DNA from: a phage
DNA: 64,000 nucleotides
Strand: one strand, 5' to 3'
Sequence record: PX393108.1
Shown here: one piece after another, positions 49,608-59,441 of the stretch
Position numbering within the stretch: position 1 is the stretch's first letter
How the letters are laid out: each line of letters begins with the position of its first letter
The notes under the pieces: generated by a model
The model's input: only the letters and a program-made list of their open reading frames with translations
What the model was told of the DNA's origin: nothing
The model's database searches: none
Program-made: the position numbers and the translations under genes

Positions 49608-50006
49608 CTATTTCATTTTTGCGAGACAGATTTCGTTGGCTTCCCATTGAGCTTGCTTAATAATAGCTTTGGATACAGGAACCTTTTGACCATAAGTTTT
49701 TGATGTTGAGAGAACAATATATTTGTTTGCCTCATTATGCCAACCCCATGATTTTTCACCATGAGTACCTTTAACTACAGCTGACACCTCAACAGAACAA
49801 CCATCAGCTCCAATCTTGGTATCCACAATCCATTCATTTCTCTCGGCAGCTTCATTTTCCGACCTCATTTTTTCTTCATACACGGCGGCCCAATCAGTTT
49901 TTGTCAAGCTTAAACTAAGAGCTTTCTCTAATTCTTTGGCAGCTTTTTGTTGTTCGGGTGTTAATGAATTATATAACTCTCGCATTTCTTTATCTTCAAT
50001 ATTCAT
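49608..50006 (-). CDS. Hypothetical protein (e.7 position)
   Basis: ORF track, 132 aa. Confidence 0.45.
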   Translation of the reverse strand: MNIEDKEMRELYNSLTPEQQKAAKELEKALSLSLTKTDWAAVYEEKMRSENEAAERNEWIVDTKIGADGCSVEVSAVVKGTHGEKSWGWHNEANKYIVLSTSKTYGQKVPVSKAIIKQAQWEANEICLAKMK

Positions 50007-50061
50007 TATGTTCTCCTCAAGTTACAGGCTCATAATATCTCAATCATGAGCCTGTGTAAAC

Positions 50062-50325
50062 TTATTTCATATTATTGAAATATTCTTCTGCGATTTCGTC
50101 GTTATCATGGTAAACTTTAGAAGACAGTTTAACATAACCTTCTGCTGTAAACATGTTAATCACAACCTTTACAGTATACCACTGACCATCTTCATTACCC
50201 ATTACTGCGTAAGTTTCAAACATCGGATGATCAGGACCGATAACTTTAATATCATTCACTGTACGACCGAAATCTTCTGAAACACATTTCATAAAGAAGT
50301 TGAACAGTTCGCCGTAATTATCCAT
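50062..50325 (-). CDS. Hypothetical protein (e.8 position; start moved to MDNYGELF after GGAG RBS)
   Basis: ORF 50062..50388 trimmed; upstream portion is the promoter-leader repeat. Confidence 0.45.
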   Translation of the reverse strand: MDNYGELFNFFMKCVSEDFGRTVNDIKVIGPDHPMFETYAVMGNEDGQWYTVKVVINMFTAEGYVKLSSKVYHDNDEIAEEYFNNMK

Positions 50326-50363
50326 TTTATTCTCCAAGTTGTTTTCTGTATCAGTAGTTGATA

Positions 50364-50400
50364 TTGATATAGTACCACGGAAGAACATGGATGTAAACAG
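50364..50400 (-). promoter_or_regulatory. T4-type early promoter (copy 3 of repeated promoter-leader module)
   Basis: GTTTAC ... GGTACTATATC; near-identical to copy at 8408-8445. Confidence 0.5.
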
Positions 50401-50564
50401 TTTTGTGAAAAAAATTTTAAAAAGTTTTAGGGAATTCTAGGGCAGGGAGGGGCAATTAAAGGATAGGATAATATATTATAAAGGGTAGAAACTAAATGAT
50501 GCCTAGAGAGGTCCAGAAAGGCCTAGATACCAAAAAGCCCTATCATTTAGATAGGGATTTAAAA

Positions 50565-51128
50565 TTATTTATCTAGTTTAGTTATTATAGCTTCTGCGGC
50601 AGCTTTTAGCTTAGATGCAGTGTTAATACGATTTTTAATTTCAGTATACGCATCGCCAAGAACATCAAGGCTATCAGAATAAACACTTACACTATTGCGT
50701 TCGCTATTTGAAATAGAACCTTTAGTTTTACGATCAAAATCGGTGTACACGTCTTGAAGATCACGGGCTGCCTTCTTTGCATCATCCAATGCATCAAGAG
50801 CTTTATTCAAAGCATTAACGTATTTTTTAGTGTCGAACATATTCTTAGAAATTTTAACAGGTGCGCGTTCAGGAGTAGCTAATGCAGATTTAGGAACCTG
50901 AGCGCCAGATGCCAATTTCTTAGAAATTTTGAAAAACGCTTTATTGAATTTATTTTCTTGACTCATCGTAAAAGAACTATTATCGATGTTGTACATTTCA
51001 ATAGCTTTAGCTTTCCACTTAAGAAAATCGCCGCGGTCTTTTGGGTCCAAGTGGAAGAATACTTTAGTAAGATCTGCTTCAGATGGTAATTTTGCTGCTT
51101 CGGTTAAAAATTCGGCATAGGTTTTCAT
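50565..51128 (-). CDS. Capsid-targeting-sequence protein (internal-protein-like), 187 aa
   Basis: N-terminus MKTYAEFLTEAA with (I/L)-x-E site; RBS AAGGAT; GAAA-loop terminator downstream. Confidence 0.55.
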   Translation of the reverse strand: MKTYAEFLTEAAKLPSEADLTKVFFHLDPKDRGDFLKWKAKAIEMYNIDNSSFTMSQENKFNKAFFKISKKLASGAQVPKSALATPERAPVKISKNMFDTKKYVNALNKALDALDDAKKAARDLQDVYTDFDRKTKGSISNSERNSVSVYSDSLDVLGDAYTEIKNRINTASKLKAAAEAIITKLDK

Positions 51129-51215
51129 TTAAAATCCTTGAAATAATTTATCGGTTGGTTATTAATTATTTATTACTTTGTTATTATCCGTAACAGCATT
51201 CTCTATGTGATTCAA

Positions 51216-51240
51216 ACTAAAAACCCCAACCTTTCGGTCG
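51216..51240 (-). terminator. GAAA-tetraloop terminator downstream of CTS gene 51253..51727
   Basis: GCCCCGACC-GAAA-GGUUGGGG followed by UUUUU on minus strand; near-identical copy at 51782-51806. Confidence 0.55.
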
Positions 51241-51252
51241 GGGCTAAGAATG

Positions 51253-51727
51253 TTATTTGATTTGTTTAGCAGACCAAATGCGGTCTTTGATGATTTTTTG
51301 GATGTCTTCAACATACTCTAGGTCATGAGCATGTGGGTTATCTTTGAAACTATAAGCACGAGCTAGTTTTTGGCCTTCAGTTTTGATTACTAAAAGCTCT
51401 TTAAGGATAGCTTCATATTTAGCGATAATTCCTTTAACAATATTTTTTTTCTTGTGCAGCTTTAGGATCTGCTTTAGGAGCAGGTTTACCCGAAGCCTTT
51501 GCAAAAGCAGCACCAGTAGCAACTAAACTTTTCCAGGCCATACTAACCGCATTTCCTGTAAATCCTTCTGCTTTCATGTCGCGAGCAAACTGGAATCGTG
51601 ATTCGTCAGAAGCATCTTTATAGGAATATTTACCCGCTGCAATGGCTGCTTTTGCGACAGCTTGAATTTCGGTGCTAGATGCTTCATTTAACACCGCTTC
51701 ATTTAAAAATTGAGCATATGATTTCAT
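51253..51727 (-). CDS. Capsid-targeting-sequence protein gene split over two frames at an A8 run (possible frameshift or pseudogene)
   Basis: N-terminal frame 51434..51727 starts MKSYAQFLNEAV; C-terminal frame 51253..51522; frames meet at A8 (51443-51450); TATAAATA late promoter upstream; terminator downstream. Confidence 0.45.
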
Positions 51728-51766
51728 CTTATTTCCTGTTTTAATTCGTGATTTAATATACTACTA

Positions 51767-51774
51767 TATTTATA
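51767..51774 (-). promoter_or_regulatory. T4 late promoter upstream of CTS-protein gene
   Basis: TATAAATA on minus strand about 40 nt upstream of ATG at 51727. Confidence 0.5.
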
Positions 51775-51781
51775 CTAAAAA

Positions 51782-51806
51782 GCCCCAACCTTTCGGTCGG
51801 GGCTAA
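51782..51806 (-). terminator. GAAA-tetraloop hairpin (second copy) upstream of CTS gene late promoter
   Basis: Same GCCCCGACC-GAAA-GGUUGGGG plus U-run as at 51216-51240. Confidence 0.5.
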
Positions 51807-51829
51807 GCCTTGCGGCAACCTTGTCGGGG

Positions 51830-52115
51830 TTCCACCTGCTAAGGCAAGTGTTTGTACGAAACGCCGGGATTCGAACCCGGTTATTAAGCAGTTGACGCTA
51901 CTTAATATTTTTAAAAGGCCATATCTCGACCATATCCGAACGTTCCGTCAAAAACGCTACTCGGCTTACGGCAAAGATATTTCCTCGAATCGATAATTCG
52001 GTGCGCCGTTTCTGCTGTGATGTAAGAGGGCATCAACAAATCATAAAGATTTATTAACACAATTCCTTACTCAGGGAACATCAGTCCGACGACTTACCGG
52101 TAGCGACCCGGTTTC
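51830..52115 (-). ncRNA. Non-coding tRNA-like region, possibly small stable RNAs (T4 species 1/2-like)
   Basis: About 285 nt with no ORF beside the tRNA cluster; contains T-arm-like CCGGGTTCGAATCCCGG and an 8-bp hairpin but no complete cloverleaf. Confidence 0.3.
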
Positions 52116-52466
52116 TTAATATTCTTTTAAAGCATCAATCTGTTCACGACGTTTACGCCATAAATCAATTGCTTCATACGCAGATTCAGCATTTCGAATT
52201 GGACGGCATTTATATAAAGACTTGTGATTTTGATATTGCGTAGATAACGAAATTTTATCTAAAAGGTCTTTACGTTCAAAGTATTCGTAACCATCTAAGC
52301 CAAATGAACGATTTTTGAGAAATTGCCAATGACCATATTCGTTTTCGACATAAACATAATCCGCGTGTTGATAAAGCAAATTAATTACACGTTCAGAAAT
52401 AACAGTGTCATTGTGATTAAAATAAAATGTTAAATCATGAACTACTAAATAAACATTACCTTTCAT
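52116..52466 (-). CDS. Hypothetical protein inside tRNA region
   Basis: 116 aa; RBS GAGGAAAAT. Confidence 0.45.
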   Translation of the reverse strand: MKGNVYLVVHDLTFYFNHNDTVISERVINLLYQHADYVYVENEYGHWQFLKNRSFGLDGYEYFERKDLLDKISLSTQYQNHKSLYKCRPIRNAESAYEAIDLWRKRREQIDALKEY

Positions 52467-52484
52467 ATTTTCCTCACTTATAAT

Positions 52485-52560
52485 TGGTCGAGGCAGTAGG
52501 GATCGAACCTACGACCTAGGACTTAGAAGGTCCTTGCTCTTCCTTCTGAGCTATGCCCCG
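52485..52560 (-). tRNA. tRNA-Arg (anticodon UCU)
   Basis: Acceptor CGGGGCA/UGCCUCG, anticodon loop CUUCUAA, encoded CCA. Confidence 0.8.
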
Positions 52561-52564
52561 TAAT

Positions 52565-52640
52565 TGGGGTGACCGATGGGAGTCGAACCCATGACTACGA
52601 GAATCACAATCTCGAGTTCTACCAACTGAACTACGGCCAC
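52565..52640 (-). tRNA. tRNA-His (anticodon GUG)
   Basis: Acceptor GUGGCCG/CGGUCAC, discriminator C, anticodon loop UUGUGAU, encoded CCA. Confidence 0.7.
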
Positions 52641-52753
52641 ATTAATACCTACTCCAACAATCAAGATGTCTTCACACGAAATTAAGAGAAGAGTGATCAG
52701 TTCAACCCTATAATCGCGTCAAGTAGATATTAATGTGACAGTTGTCACAAATT

Positions 52754-52828
52754 TGGCGGACGTGATAGGATTCGAACCTATAACCAATCGCTTAACAGGC
52801 GATCGCTCTGCCATTGAGCTACACATCC
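52754..52828 (-). tRNA. tRNA-Asn (anticodon GUU)
   Basis: Acceptor GGAUGUG/CACGUCC, anticodon loop CUGUUAA, encoded CCA. Confidence 0.7.
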
Positions 52829-52832
52829 AAAT

Positions 52833-52919
52833 TGGTGGGGAGTGATGGAGTCGAACCACCCGAGTCGCAATGACAATGGATTTACAGTCCACACCGCTAC
52901 CTCTACGGGATAACTCCCC
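52833..52919 (-). tRNA. tRNA-Tyr (anticodon GUA)
   Basis: Acceptor GGGGAGU/ACUCCCC, anticodon loop CUGUAAA, long variable arm, encoded CCA. Confidence 0.7.
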
Positions 52920-52932
52920 TTAATTCTTAATT

Positions 52933-53007
52933 TGGTGGCCCTGGGTGGAATTGAACCACCATCTGGCGATTATGAGTCGCTTGCTTGAACCTTCCAGCTA
53001 CAGGGCC
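52933..53007 (-). tRNA. tRNA with anticodon CAU (Ile2-type or Met)
   Basis: Acceptor GGCCCUG/CAGGGCC, anticodon loop CUCAUAA, encoded CCA; T4 tRNA-Ile uses CAU. Confidence 0.7.
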
Positions 53008-53008
53008 T

Positions 53009-53084
53009 TGGTGCTGATTGACGGAATCGAACCGCCGACCTTCTCATTACAAGTGAGTTGCTCTACCTACTGAGCTAAATCAGC
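53009..53084 (-). tRNA. tRNA-Thr (anticodon UGU)
   Basis: Acceptor GCUGAUU/AAUCAGC, anticodon loop CUUGUAA, encoded CCA. Confidence 0.8.
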
Positions 53085-53089
53085 AAAAC

Positions 53090-53179
53090 TGGCGGAGGCG
53101 ATAGGATTTGAACCTATGAGTCGCCGGAGCGACTGCCGGTTTTCAAGACCGGTGCATTAAACCACTCTGCCACGCCTCC
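53090..53179 (-). tRNA. tRNA-Ser (anticodon UGA)
   Basis: Acceptor GGAGGCG/CGCCUCC, anticodon loop CUUGAAA, long variable arm, encoded CCA. Confidence 0.8.
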
Positions 53180-53181
53180 AG

Positions 53182-53255
53182 TCTCCATACAAGGATTTGA
53201 ACCTTGGACCTCCTGATCCCAAATCAGGCGCTCTACCAAACTGAGCTACACGGAG
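53182..53255 (-). tRNA. tRNA-Pro (anticodon UGG)
   Basis: Acceptor CUCCGUG with G-U pairs, anticodon loop UUUGGGA; CCA not encoded. Confidence 0.75.
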
Positions 53256-53265
53256 TAAATTAAAT

Positions 53266-53339
<74 letters not shown>

Positions 53340-53344
53340 AAATT

Positions 53345-53431
53345 TGGTGCGAGAAGTGGGACTCGAACCCACAAGGAAATCATTCCGCAGCATTTTAAGT
53401 GCTGTGCCTTTACCAATTTGACCATTCTCGC
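53345..53431 (-). tRNA. tRNA-Leu (anticodon UAA)
   Basis: Acceptor GCGAGAA/UUCUCGC, anticodon loop CUUAAAA, long variable arm, encoded CCA. Confidence 0.8.
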
Positions 53432-53432
53432 G

Positions 53433-53505
53433 CTGGGAATAAAGGACTCGAACCTTTGCATCCTGGAATCAAAATCCAGTGCCTTACCAACTTGGCTAAT
53501 TCCCA
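53433..53505 (-). tRNA. tRNA-Gln (anticodon UUG)
   Basis: Manual cloverleaf: acceptor UGGGAAU/AUUCCCA, anticodon loop UUUUGAU, T-arm GGTTCGAGTCC; CCA not encoded. Confidence 0.8.
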
Positions 53506-53591
53506 ATTATTAACAAAGGCTCTCAGGAAAGAACCCTTGATGATAGAGGGTATTAATCAATGCGATATGAGTTAATAATAACAAATAATTC

Positions 53592-54116
53592 TTAAAGCAA
53601 ATTAAACATTTTAACGGTCGGCAAAACAATTTCTTCTTCTATATAAGAGTATTTAACACTCTCAACTACACGCAAAAAATCATAATCATAATACTCAGAA
53701 GCATTACCTAAAATATTAATAAGTCCTTCAAGCACTTTATTACCATTCACAAAGAATAAGTCAAATACACGTTCTTCATCTTCTTCAGATTTATTACCAA
53801 GGTCAACTTCTATATCAAAGACCTTTTTAATGAATTCTGGATAAAGTTGGTCTGAGAACAGTCCTTCAACCAAGTATTCATAGATAAAAAGCGATTGCTC
53901 ACTGAACGAAGCATTACCACAATAGTGCTCAATTTTAGTACTAGAATGTCGGCTTTTAAACTTCTTTAAAAGATATTGGAATTGTAAGATTTCATGCTCT
54001 TCTACGCCAAACAGTGTTTTGGTTTTATAGTTGTCACCATCATTTTCCCAGGTAGTGACATCAATTACGTAACCCTGCGGAATTGTAGTACCCAAACAAA
54101 TATTCATTTTCATCAC
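53592..54116 (-). CDS. Hypothetical protein
   Basis: ORF track, 174 aa. Confidence 0.45.
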   Translation of the reverse strand: MMKMNICLGTTIPQGYVIDVTTWENDGDNYKTKTLFGVEEHEILQFQYLLKKFKSRHSSTKIEHYCGNASFSEQSLFIYEYLVEGLFSDQLYPEFIKKVFDIEVDLGNKSEEDEERVFDLFFVNGNKVLEGLINILGNASEYYDYDFLRVVESVKYSYIEEEIVLPTVKMFNLL

Positions 54117-54400
54117 GCTGCATTAATGTAAGTATATTTAATACATTCAAGATCTAAAGGATTCTTGAAAATATCATATTCAAGAGGACCTTTTTCCGTT
54201 TCAATAAAGAAATCAAAGTTAACTGTGTTAAATTTACGGTCTTCCTTCACTAATTTAACTTGAGAAGATGAACGGTCAATGTAAACCTTTTCAACTTCAA
54301 AATATGTTAAAATGCCATAATCATTAATCAAGGCTTTAGCCGCGTCTTGATCATATTTATATCCATTTTCAATGGACGATACTTTCGCATAAAGAATCAT
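54113..54400 (-). CDS. Hypothetical protein
   Basis: ORF track, 95 aa. Confidence 0.4.
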   Translation of the reverse strand: MILYAKVSSIENGYKYDQDAAKALINDYGILTYFEVEKVYIDRSSSQVKLVKEDRKFNTVNFDFFIETEKGPLEYDIFKNPLDLECIKYTYINAA

Positions 54401-54402
54401 TA

Positions 54403-54807
54403 TTAACCTTTATCAACAATAGTATGAGTATGGGCATTTACAATTTGCCACCAGTCGAAACTATCGCCAAATCGTTTTGATTTATTGTCTTCAATAATTT
54501 GGCGTAATTCATCTTCTGTTTCAGCATACGCAATCAAATCATCATATCCACCGCAAGGATAGTAATTATCGCCTGCGAACAAAAGAAAATTTACTTTAGA
54601 TGGGTCTACATAATAATGCTCTTTAGGATATTTAGTTCCTTTCCAATCAGTTACTTCAACATAACGGTAAGAAAATCCATTTTTACTTTCAACCCAACTC
54701 CACGCTTCAAAAGGAGTATTAAAAACTTTATCAGGTATTAAATTACCTTCAAAATGAGAAGGATTTGCATAATCCCCAGCATAAACATAGTATTCGTTAA
54801 TACTCAT
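54403..54807 (-). CDS. Hypothetical protein
   Basis: ORF track, 134 aa. Confidence 0.45.
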   Translation of the reverse strand: MSINEYYVYAGDYANPSHFEGNLIPDKVFNTPFEAWSWVESKNGFSYRYVEVTDWKGTKYPKEHYYVDPSKVNFLLFAGDNYYPCGGYDDLIAYAETEDELRQIIEDNKSKRFGDSFDWWQIVNAHTHTIVDKG

Positions 54808-54993
54808 CTATTCACCTTTAGAAATTTTATCCATAACAATAGCGATTAAACCAATTAAAAATGCTACTACAAGTGAAAACACATTTTCTGCTGTAGTTAA
54901 TAATCCACATATAAATCCAACAAACATTGAAAAACTAAAAGCAGAAGCAGAAATTGCAATAGCAACATTTCGAATTAATTCACAACGTTTCAT
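54808..54993 (-). CDS. Hypothetical small membrane protein
   Basis: 61 aa, two hydrophobic segments; early promoter upstream. Confidence 0.4.
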   Translation of the reverse strand: MKRCELIRNVAIAISASAFSFSMFVGFICGLLTTAENVFSLVVAFLIGLIAIVMDKISKGE

Positions 54994-55069
54994 TTTATTC
55001 TCCTCGGTAGTTGATAGGGTAATAGTATCACAACTAAAACCCTATGTAAACAACTTTGTGAAATATTTA

Positions 55070-55357
55070 TTACAAAAGATTTTTAGCAATAATCTTGAGA
55101 TGTGCCGCAGAAATGTGTTTAGCTTTAAACAACGCAGTTTCTTCAGCAGGAGAGATAATGATTGTAGCACCATCCTTTTTAGCAGACCACCCATCACCTA
55201 GGTAAACAGTACCTTTGATTTCTTCGCCATCAACCAAACTAATCATTGGTTTACCTTCTCGTCCTTTATTTGCTTTAATAACTTCAGAAGTAAGAGTAGC
55301 TTCAGTAATAGTAGAAACCGGGGTAGTTTTTGTAGTAAACTCTTTGAAAGTTTTCAT
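55070..55357 (-). CDS. ipI: Internal protein I-like (capsid-targeted)
   Basis: 95 aa; N-terminus MKTFKEF; position upstream of 57B as in T4; early promoter upstream. Confidence 0.6.
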   Translation of the reverse strand: MKTFKEFTTKTTPVSTITEATLTSEVIKANKGREGKPMISLVDGEEIKGTVYLGDGWSAKKDGATIIISPAEETALFKAKHISAAHLKIIAKNLL

Positions 55358-55384
55358 TTTATTTTCCTAATTAATTTTGATGAG

Positions 55385-55420
55385 ATAATAGTATCACTAC
55401 CTCATCAACGTGTAAACAAC
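55385..55420 (-). promoter_or_regulatory. T4-type early promoter upstream of ipI
   Basis: GTTTAC, 18 nt, TACTAT on minus strand. Confidence 0.5.
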
Positions 55421-55429
55421 TTTGTGAAA

Positions 55430-56126
<697 letters not shown>

Positions 56127-56127
<1 letters not shown>

Positions 56128-56840
56128 TATAGTACCTTTAGTGTATTTTTAATTTTAGAAAAAAGTTCTTCAAGAGAACCATCGTTTGTAATTACTAAAT
56201 CGCCATCACGAATTGGCAATCCAGCTTCTGTAATATGAGTATCATTGGATTTTTGACCAGGACGAACTACATGAATTACTGTAGCACCCATCGCCCTAGC
56301 CGCATCCATTTCATGATCTTGACGAGTATCAGGAACGATATAATAATCATAACCTGAGTTAAATTTATCAAGATAATCTAAAGCAAATAATTTTACCCAA
56401 TACATGCGGTCGAAGTTATTAACAATCAAATCCGTACCTAGGGCTTGCATCAGACGACGGACTGACCATTGATCTTCAATATTATTTATAACGTCAGCAA
56501 TCTTGTTAAATGCTACGAAATTAACTGCGTCATCAAAAATAAACACACCTTTAATTGGGCTTTTACTATTAAGATAGCAAAATGCTTGTTCCATAATCGT
56601 AATTACTTCTAATTTAGTCAGATTTAAATTAGTTTCACGATCATAGTCAATTCCTTCAAACTCTTTACGAGTTAAACAAGGATAGCCAGTGTTTGCTGCA
56701 AATACACCCCATGCATAAGCCAATGCATCCTTAATAGGACCAGCAAGTTGATATTTAACTGCAGAATAATTTTCCATGATAAAATCCGCAGTAGTATCTT
56801 TTCCGCTACGCTTTACACCACTTAAAAAGATTAGTTTCAT
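56127..56840 (-). CDS. 1: Deoxynucleoside monophosphate kinase gp1
   Basis: 237 aa; P-loop GVKRSGKDT; close to recalled T4 gp1. Confidence 0.9.
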
Positions 56841-56889
56841 ATGTTTCTCCTCAAATTTAGTTAAGATTATAACACATGAAACTGAAGCA

Positions 56890-57420
56890 TTAAACTTCTG
56901 CTATAATTTTGCCATCTTTTTCTACTTGAAAATACGTATAAGGAATCGTTGCTGTGCATACTAAGGCTGGGTCTGAATCTTCTGTGTAGCTAAATTCTAC
57001 TTCAGACAGGTCAGAAACCCAAGGCTTATAAAAATTTATTGACATCACGATTTCAGTTTTACTATTATCTAAAATGTAAAGCGTAATGTATTCAGGACCT
57101 GTTTTTTGGGCAGTATTTTCGCCTGTAAGATAGTTACTAGTTCCTAGCATCCATTCATACATTCCTATCCATGACTTAAGCTCTTCATCAACTATAAATC
57201 TCACGATGAGTGGGTCGTACTCAAATGTAACACCTGGACGTTGTGCTCGGCCTAGTCCAAACGGCCCAGTCACGGTATCAGTAACAGGTATCCTAATTCC
57301 CGGAATAGGAACTGACTGAGCATTTAAAGTAAAAGCAGATGTAGTATTACTATGCGGTATTGATACTACAAAGTTAGTTGTATTTGCTTGGTTAAAAATT
57401 TGTTGCAATGCTTGCGACAT
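56890..57420 (-). CDS. 3: Tail sheath stabiliser / tail completion protein gp3 (start moved to ATG after GAGGAA RBS)
   Basis: ORF 56890..57501 trimmed to 176 aa; T4 gene order 1-3-2-4. Confidence 0.7.
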   Translation of the reverse strand: MSQALQQIFNQANTTNFVVSIPHSNTTSAFTLNAQSVPIPGIRIPVTDTVTGPFGLGRAQRPGVTFEYDPLIVRFIVDEELKSWIGMYEWMLGTSNYLTGENTAQKTGPEYITLYILDNSKTEIVMSINFYKPWVSDLSEVEFSYTEDSDPALVCTATIPYTYFQVEKDGKIIAEV

Positions 57421-57526
57421 ATATTCCTCATAATGCTTCATAAATGTTGGTGGTATAATGGGTCTAAGTCCCTTCCATTCAATTCCAATTAGAACAAACA
57501 ATAGAAAAGAATGGAAGATAATAGAA

Positions 57527-58351
57527 TTAGATATTTGACCAGACTTTGTTTGCAGAGAAACGTTTTCCTTTTGAAACGAACTGCTGAAGTGGCATTAACA
57601 CAACGTTCGCCCAGTCTTTCGGGGCGATTTCAACAAGGCTACCCATAATATTACCGGGTATATATGCCTTAATCATTTGGTCTGCACCCCTAAATCCTTT
57701 CACTTGACTCCAATCAATTTTTAATTTCGTTTTATTAGTAATAGTAGGTGTATTCGAATATTGCTTTAAAAGCTCTTCTAGAAATTGCTGACGAGCTTTA
57801 GGTGGAATATAGTGCAAGTTCAATCCGTACATTAAATTATGTTTACCTAAACCGAGGTAAATTATCAAAGGAAATTTATCCCAGTAAGGAAGAGTTTCTT
57901 TGTGTTTAGCATCGTAAGCAAAAGCATATATTCGTCCCGGCTGCGGGCGAACAACTTTATGTCCTTTTACTTGCTTAATAGTTTCAGCAAACCACTTTCT
58001 GGTTTTATTATTAATTGCTGCACCTTCATTACGAATTTTATCACGCAATGTTTGCCTGAATGAATTTATCATAAGCAGTTGTCTTTCTTGCTTATTGAGT
58101 TTATTCATTGGTTTTGATTCAAGCTTTTGAATCTTTTCAGCCGTTTTAATTCCTGAAGCATATTTTGACATTGCCGAAGTAAACGTAGAGTATTTGATTC
58201 CTCTTTCTTCAGCAAATTGCTTTCCTGTCATTCCTTTTGCTTTGGCCTTTCTGTATTCAAGACCTATTTGAATCCATTTCTTTTCGTTTAATGATTGCTT
58301 AACCTTTGGAACTTGGGGAGTGCTTTCATTAATTATTTGAAAAATAGCCAT
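57527..58351 (-). CDS. 2: DNA end protector protein gp2
   Basis: 274 aa; T4 gene order. Confidence 0.75.
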   Translation of the reverse strand: MAIFQIINESTPQVPKVKQSLNEKKWIQIGLEYRKAKAKGMTGKQFAEERGIKYSTFTSAMSKYASGIKTAEKIQKLESKPMNKLNKQERQLLMINSFRQTLRDKIRNEGAAINNKTRKWFAETIKQVKGHKVVRPQPGRIYAFAYDAKHKETLPYWDKFPLIIYLGLGKHNLMYGLNLHYIPPKARQQFLEELLKQYSNTPTITNKTKLKIDWSQVKGFRGADQMIKAYIPGNIMGSLVEIAPKDWANVVLMPLQQFVSKGKRFSANKVWSNI

Positions 58352-58803
58352 TATGCCCCCTTAAAGCCAAGAGCTCTTAATCCATCTTCTGTTAGAATTC
58401 TAAATTTTATTCCACGCTTTTCAGCTAAAGCTTGCGCTGCTTTCCATTTGTCAGTATTAACGGAATATGTATAAATTTCATTCATAAATCTTTTCTTCGC
58501 TGCAGTTGTTAGATGTGCTGGTTTAACTGGTGGTTGTGTTTCTTTTTTAGGTTTTATTTCAATAAAAAATTCTTGTCCAGAAGAATCTTTCATCCAAATA
58601 TCCATGAAGTATCTACGTTTTTTCCCTTCTGCATTACAAAAATAAGGAATTACTGCTGTTTCACTACCCCATGCAATAATTTCTGGATTTTTATCTAACC
58701 ATTCAAAAAAGAATTTTTCCCAATTTGATCTATACGTAATTTTTTTAGGGTCACCTCTATATTTTGATATATTTTTAGGAACCCATTTTCCAGAATATGC
58801 CAT
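58351..58803 (-). CDS. 4: Head completion protein gp4
   Basis: 150 aa; late promoter TATAAATA and RBS AAGGAG upstream. Confidence 0.75.
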   Translation of the reverse strand: MAYSGKWVPKNISKYRGDPKKITYRSNWEKFFFEWLDKNPEIIAWGSETAVIPYFCNAEGKKRRYFMDIWMKDSSGQEFFIEIKPKKETQPPVKPAHLTTAAKKRFMNEIYTYSVNTDKWKAAQALAEKRGIKFRILTEDGLRALGFKGA

Positions 58804-58814
58804 TGGATTCTCCT

Positions 58815-58837
58815 TATAAATAGATAATATATTTATA
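58815..58837. promoter_or_regulatory. Divergent late promoters between genes 4 and 53
   Basis: TATAAATA on plus strand (58815-58822) for gene 53 and on minus strand (58830-58837) for gene 4. Confidence 0.6.
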
Positions 58838-58850
58838 AACAGGAGGGCCC

Positions 58851-59441
58851 ATGCTCTTTACATTTTTTGATCCGATTGAATATGCGGCCAAAACGGTGAA
58901 TAAAAACGCGCCGACTATTCCTATGACAGATATTTTTAGAAACTATAAAGACTATTTCAAACGTGCTCTTGCGGGATACCGTTTACGCACTTATTATATC
59001 AAAGGTTCACCACGCCCGGAAGAATTAGCAAATGCTATATATGGAAATCCGCAGTTGTATTGGGTTTTATTGATGTGTAATGATAATTATGATCCGTATT
59101 ATGGATGGATTACTTCGCAAGAAGCTGCTTATCAAGCATCTATACAAAAATACAAAAATGTAGGTGGAGACCAAATAGTATATCATGTGAATGAGAACGG
59201 TGAAAAATTTTATAATTTAATATCATACGATGATAATCCATATGTTTGGTATGACAAAGGCGATAAAGCTAGAAAATATCCTCAATATGAAGGAGCACTT
59301 GCTGCGGTCGATACGTATGAAGCTGCTGTTCTTGAAAATGAAAAACTTCGTCAAATAAAAATAATAGCAAAATCAGACATCAATTCATTTATGAACGACC
59401 TTATACGTATAATGGAGAAATCTTATGGAAATGATAAGTAA
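58851..59441 (+). CDS. 53: Baseplate wedge protein gp53
   Basis: 196 aa; plus-strand late promoter TATAAATA upstream; RBS AGGAGG. Confidence 0.8.
   Translation: MLFTFFDPIEYAAKTVNKNAPTIPMTDIFRNYKDYFKRALAGYRLRTYYIKGSPRPEELANAIYGNPQLYWVLLMCNDNYDPYYGWITSQEAAYQASIQKYKNVGGDQIVYHVNENGEKFYNLISYDDNPYVWYDKGDKARKYPQYEGALAAVDTYEAAVLENEKLRQIKIIAKSDINSFMNDLIRIMEKSYGNDK

Noticed and set aside
51253-51522. ORF 51253..51522 as an independent 89-aa gene
   Set aside because: Its N-terminal third is leucine-rich alternate-frame sequence of the upstream gene; it is better explained as the C-terminal part of a gene frameshifted at the A8 run.
52733-52748. Perfect palindrome TGTGACA-GT-TGTCACA just 3' of tRNA-Asn as an operator site
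   Set aside because: A single short palindrome beside a tRNA 3' end is more simply a processing hairpin; no cognate regulator can be inferred.
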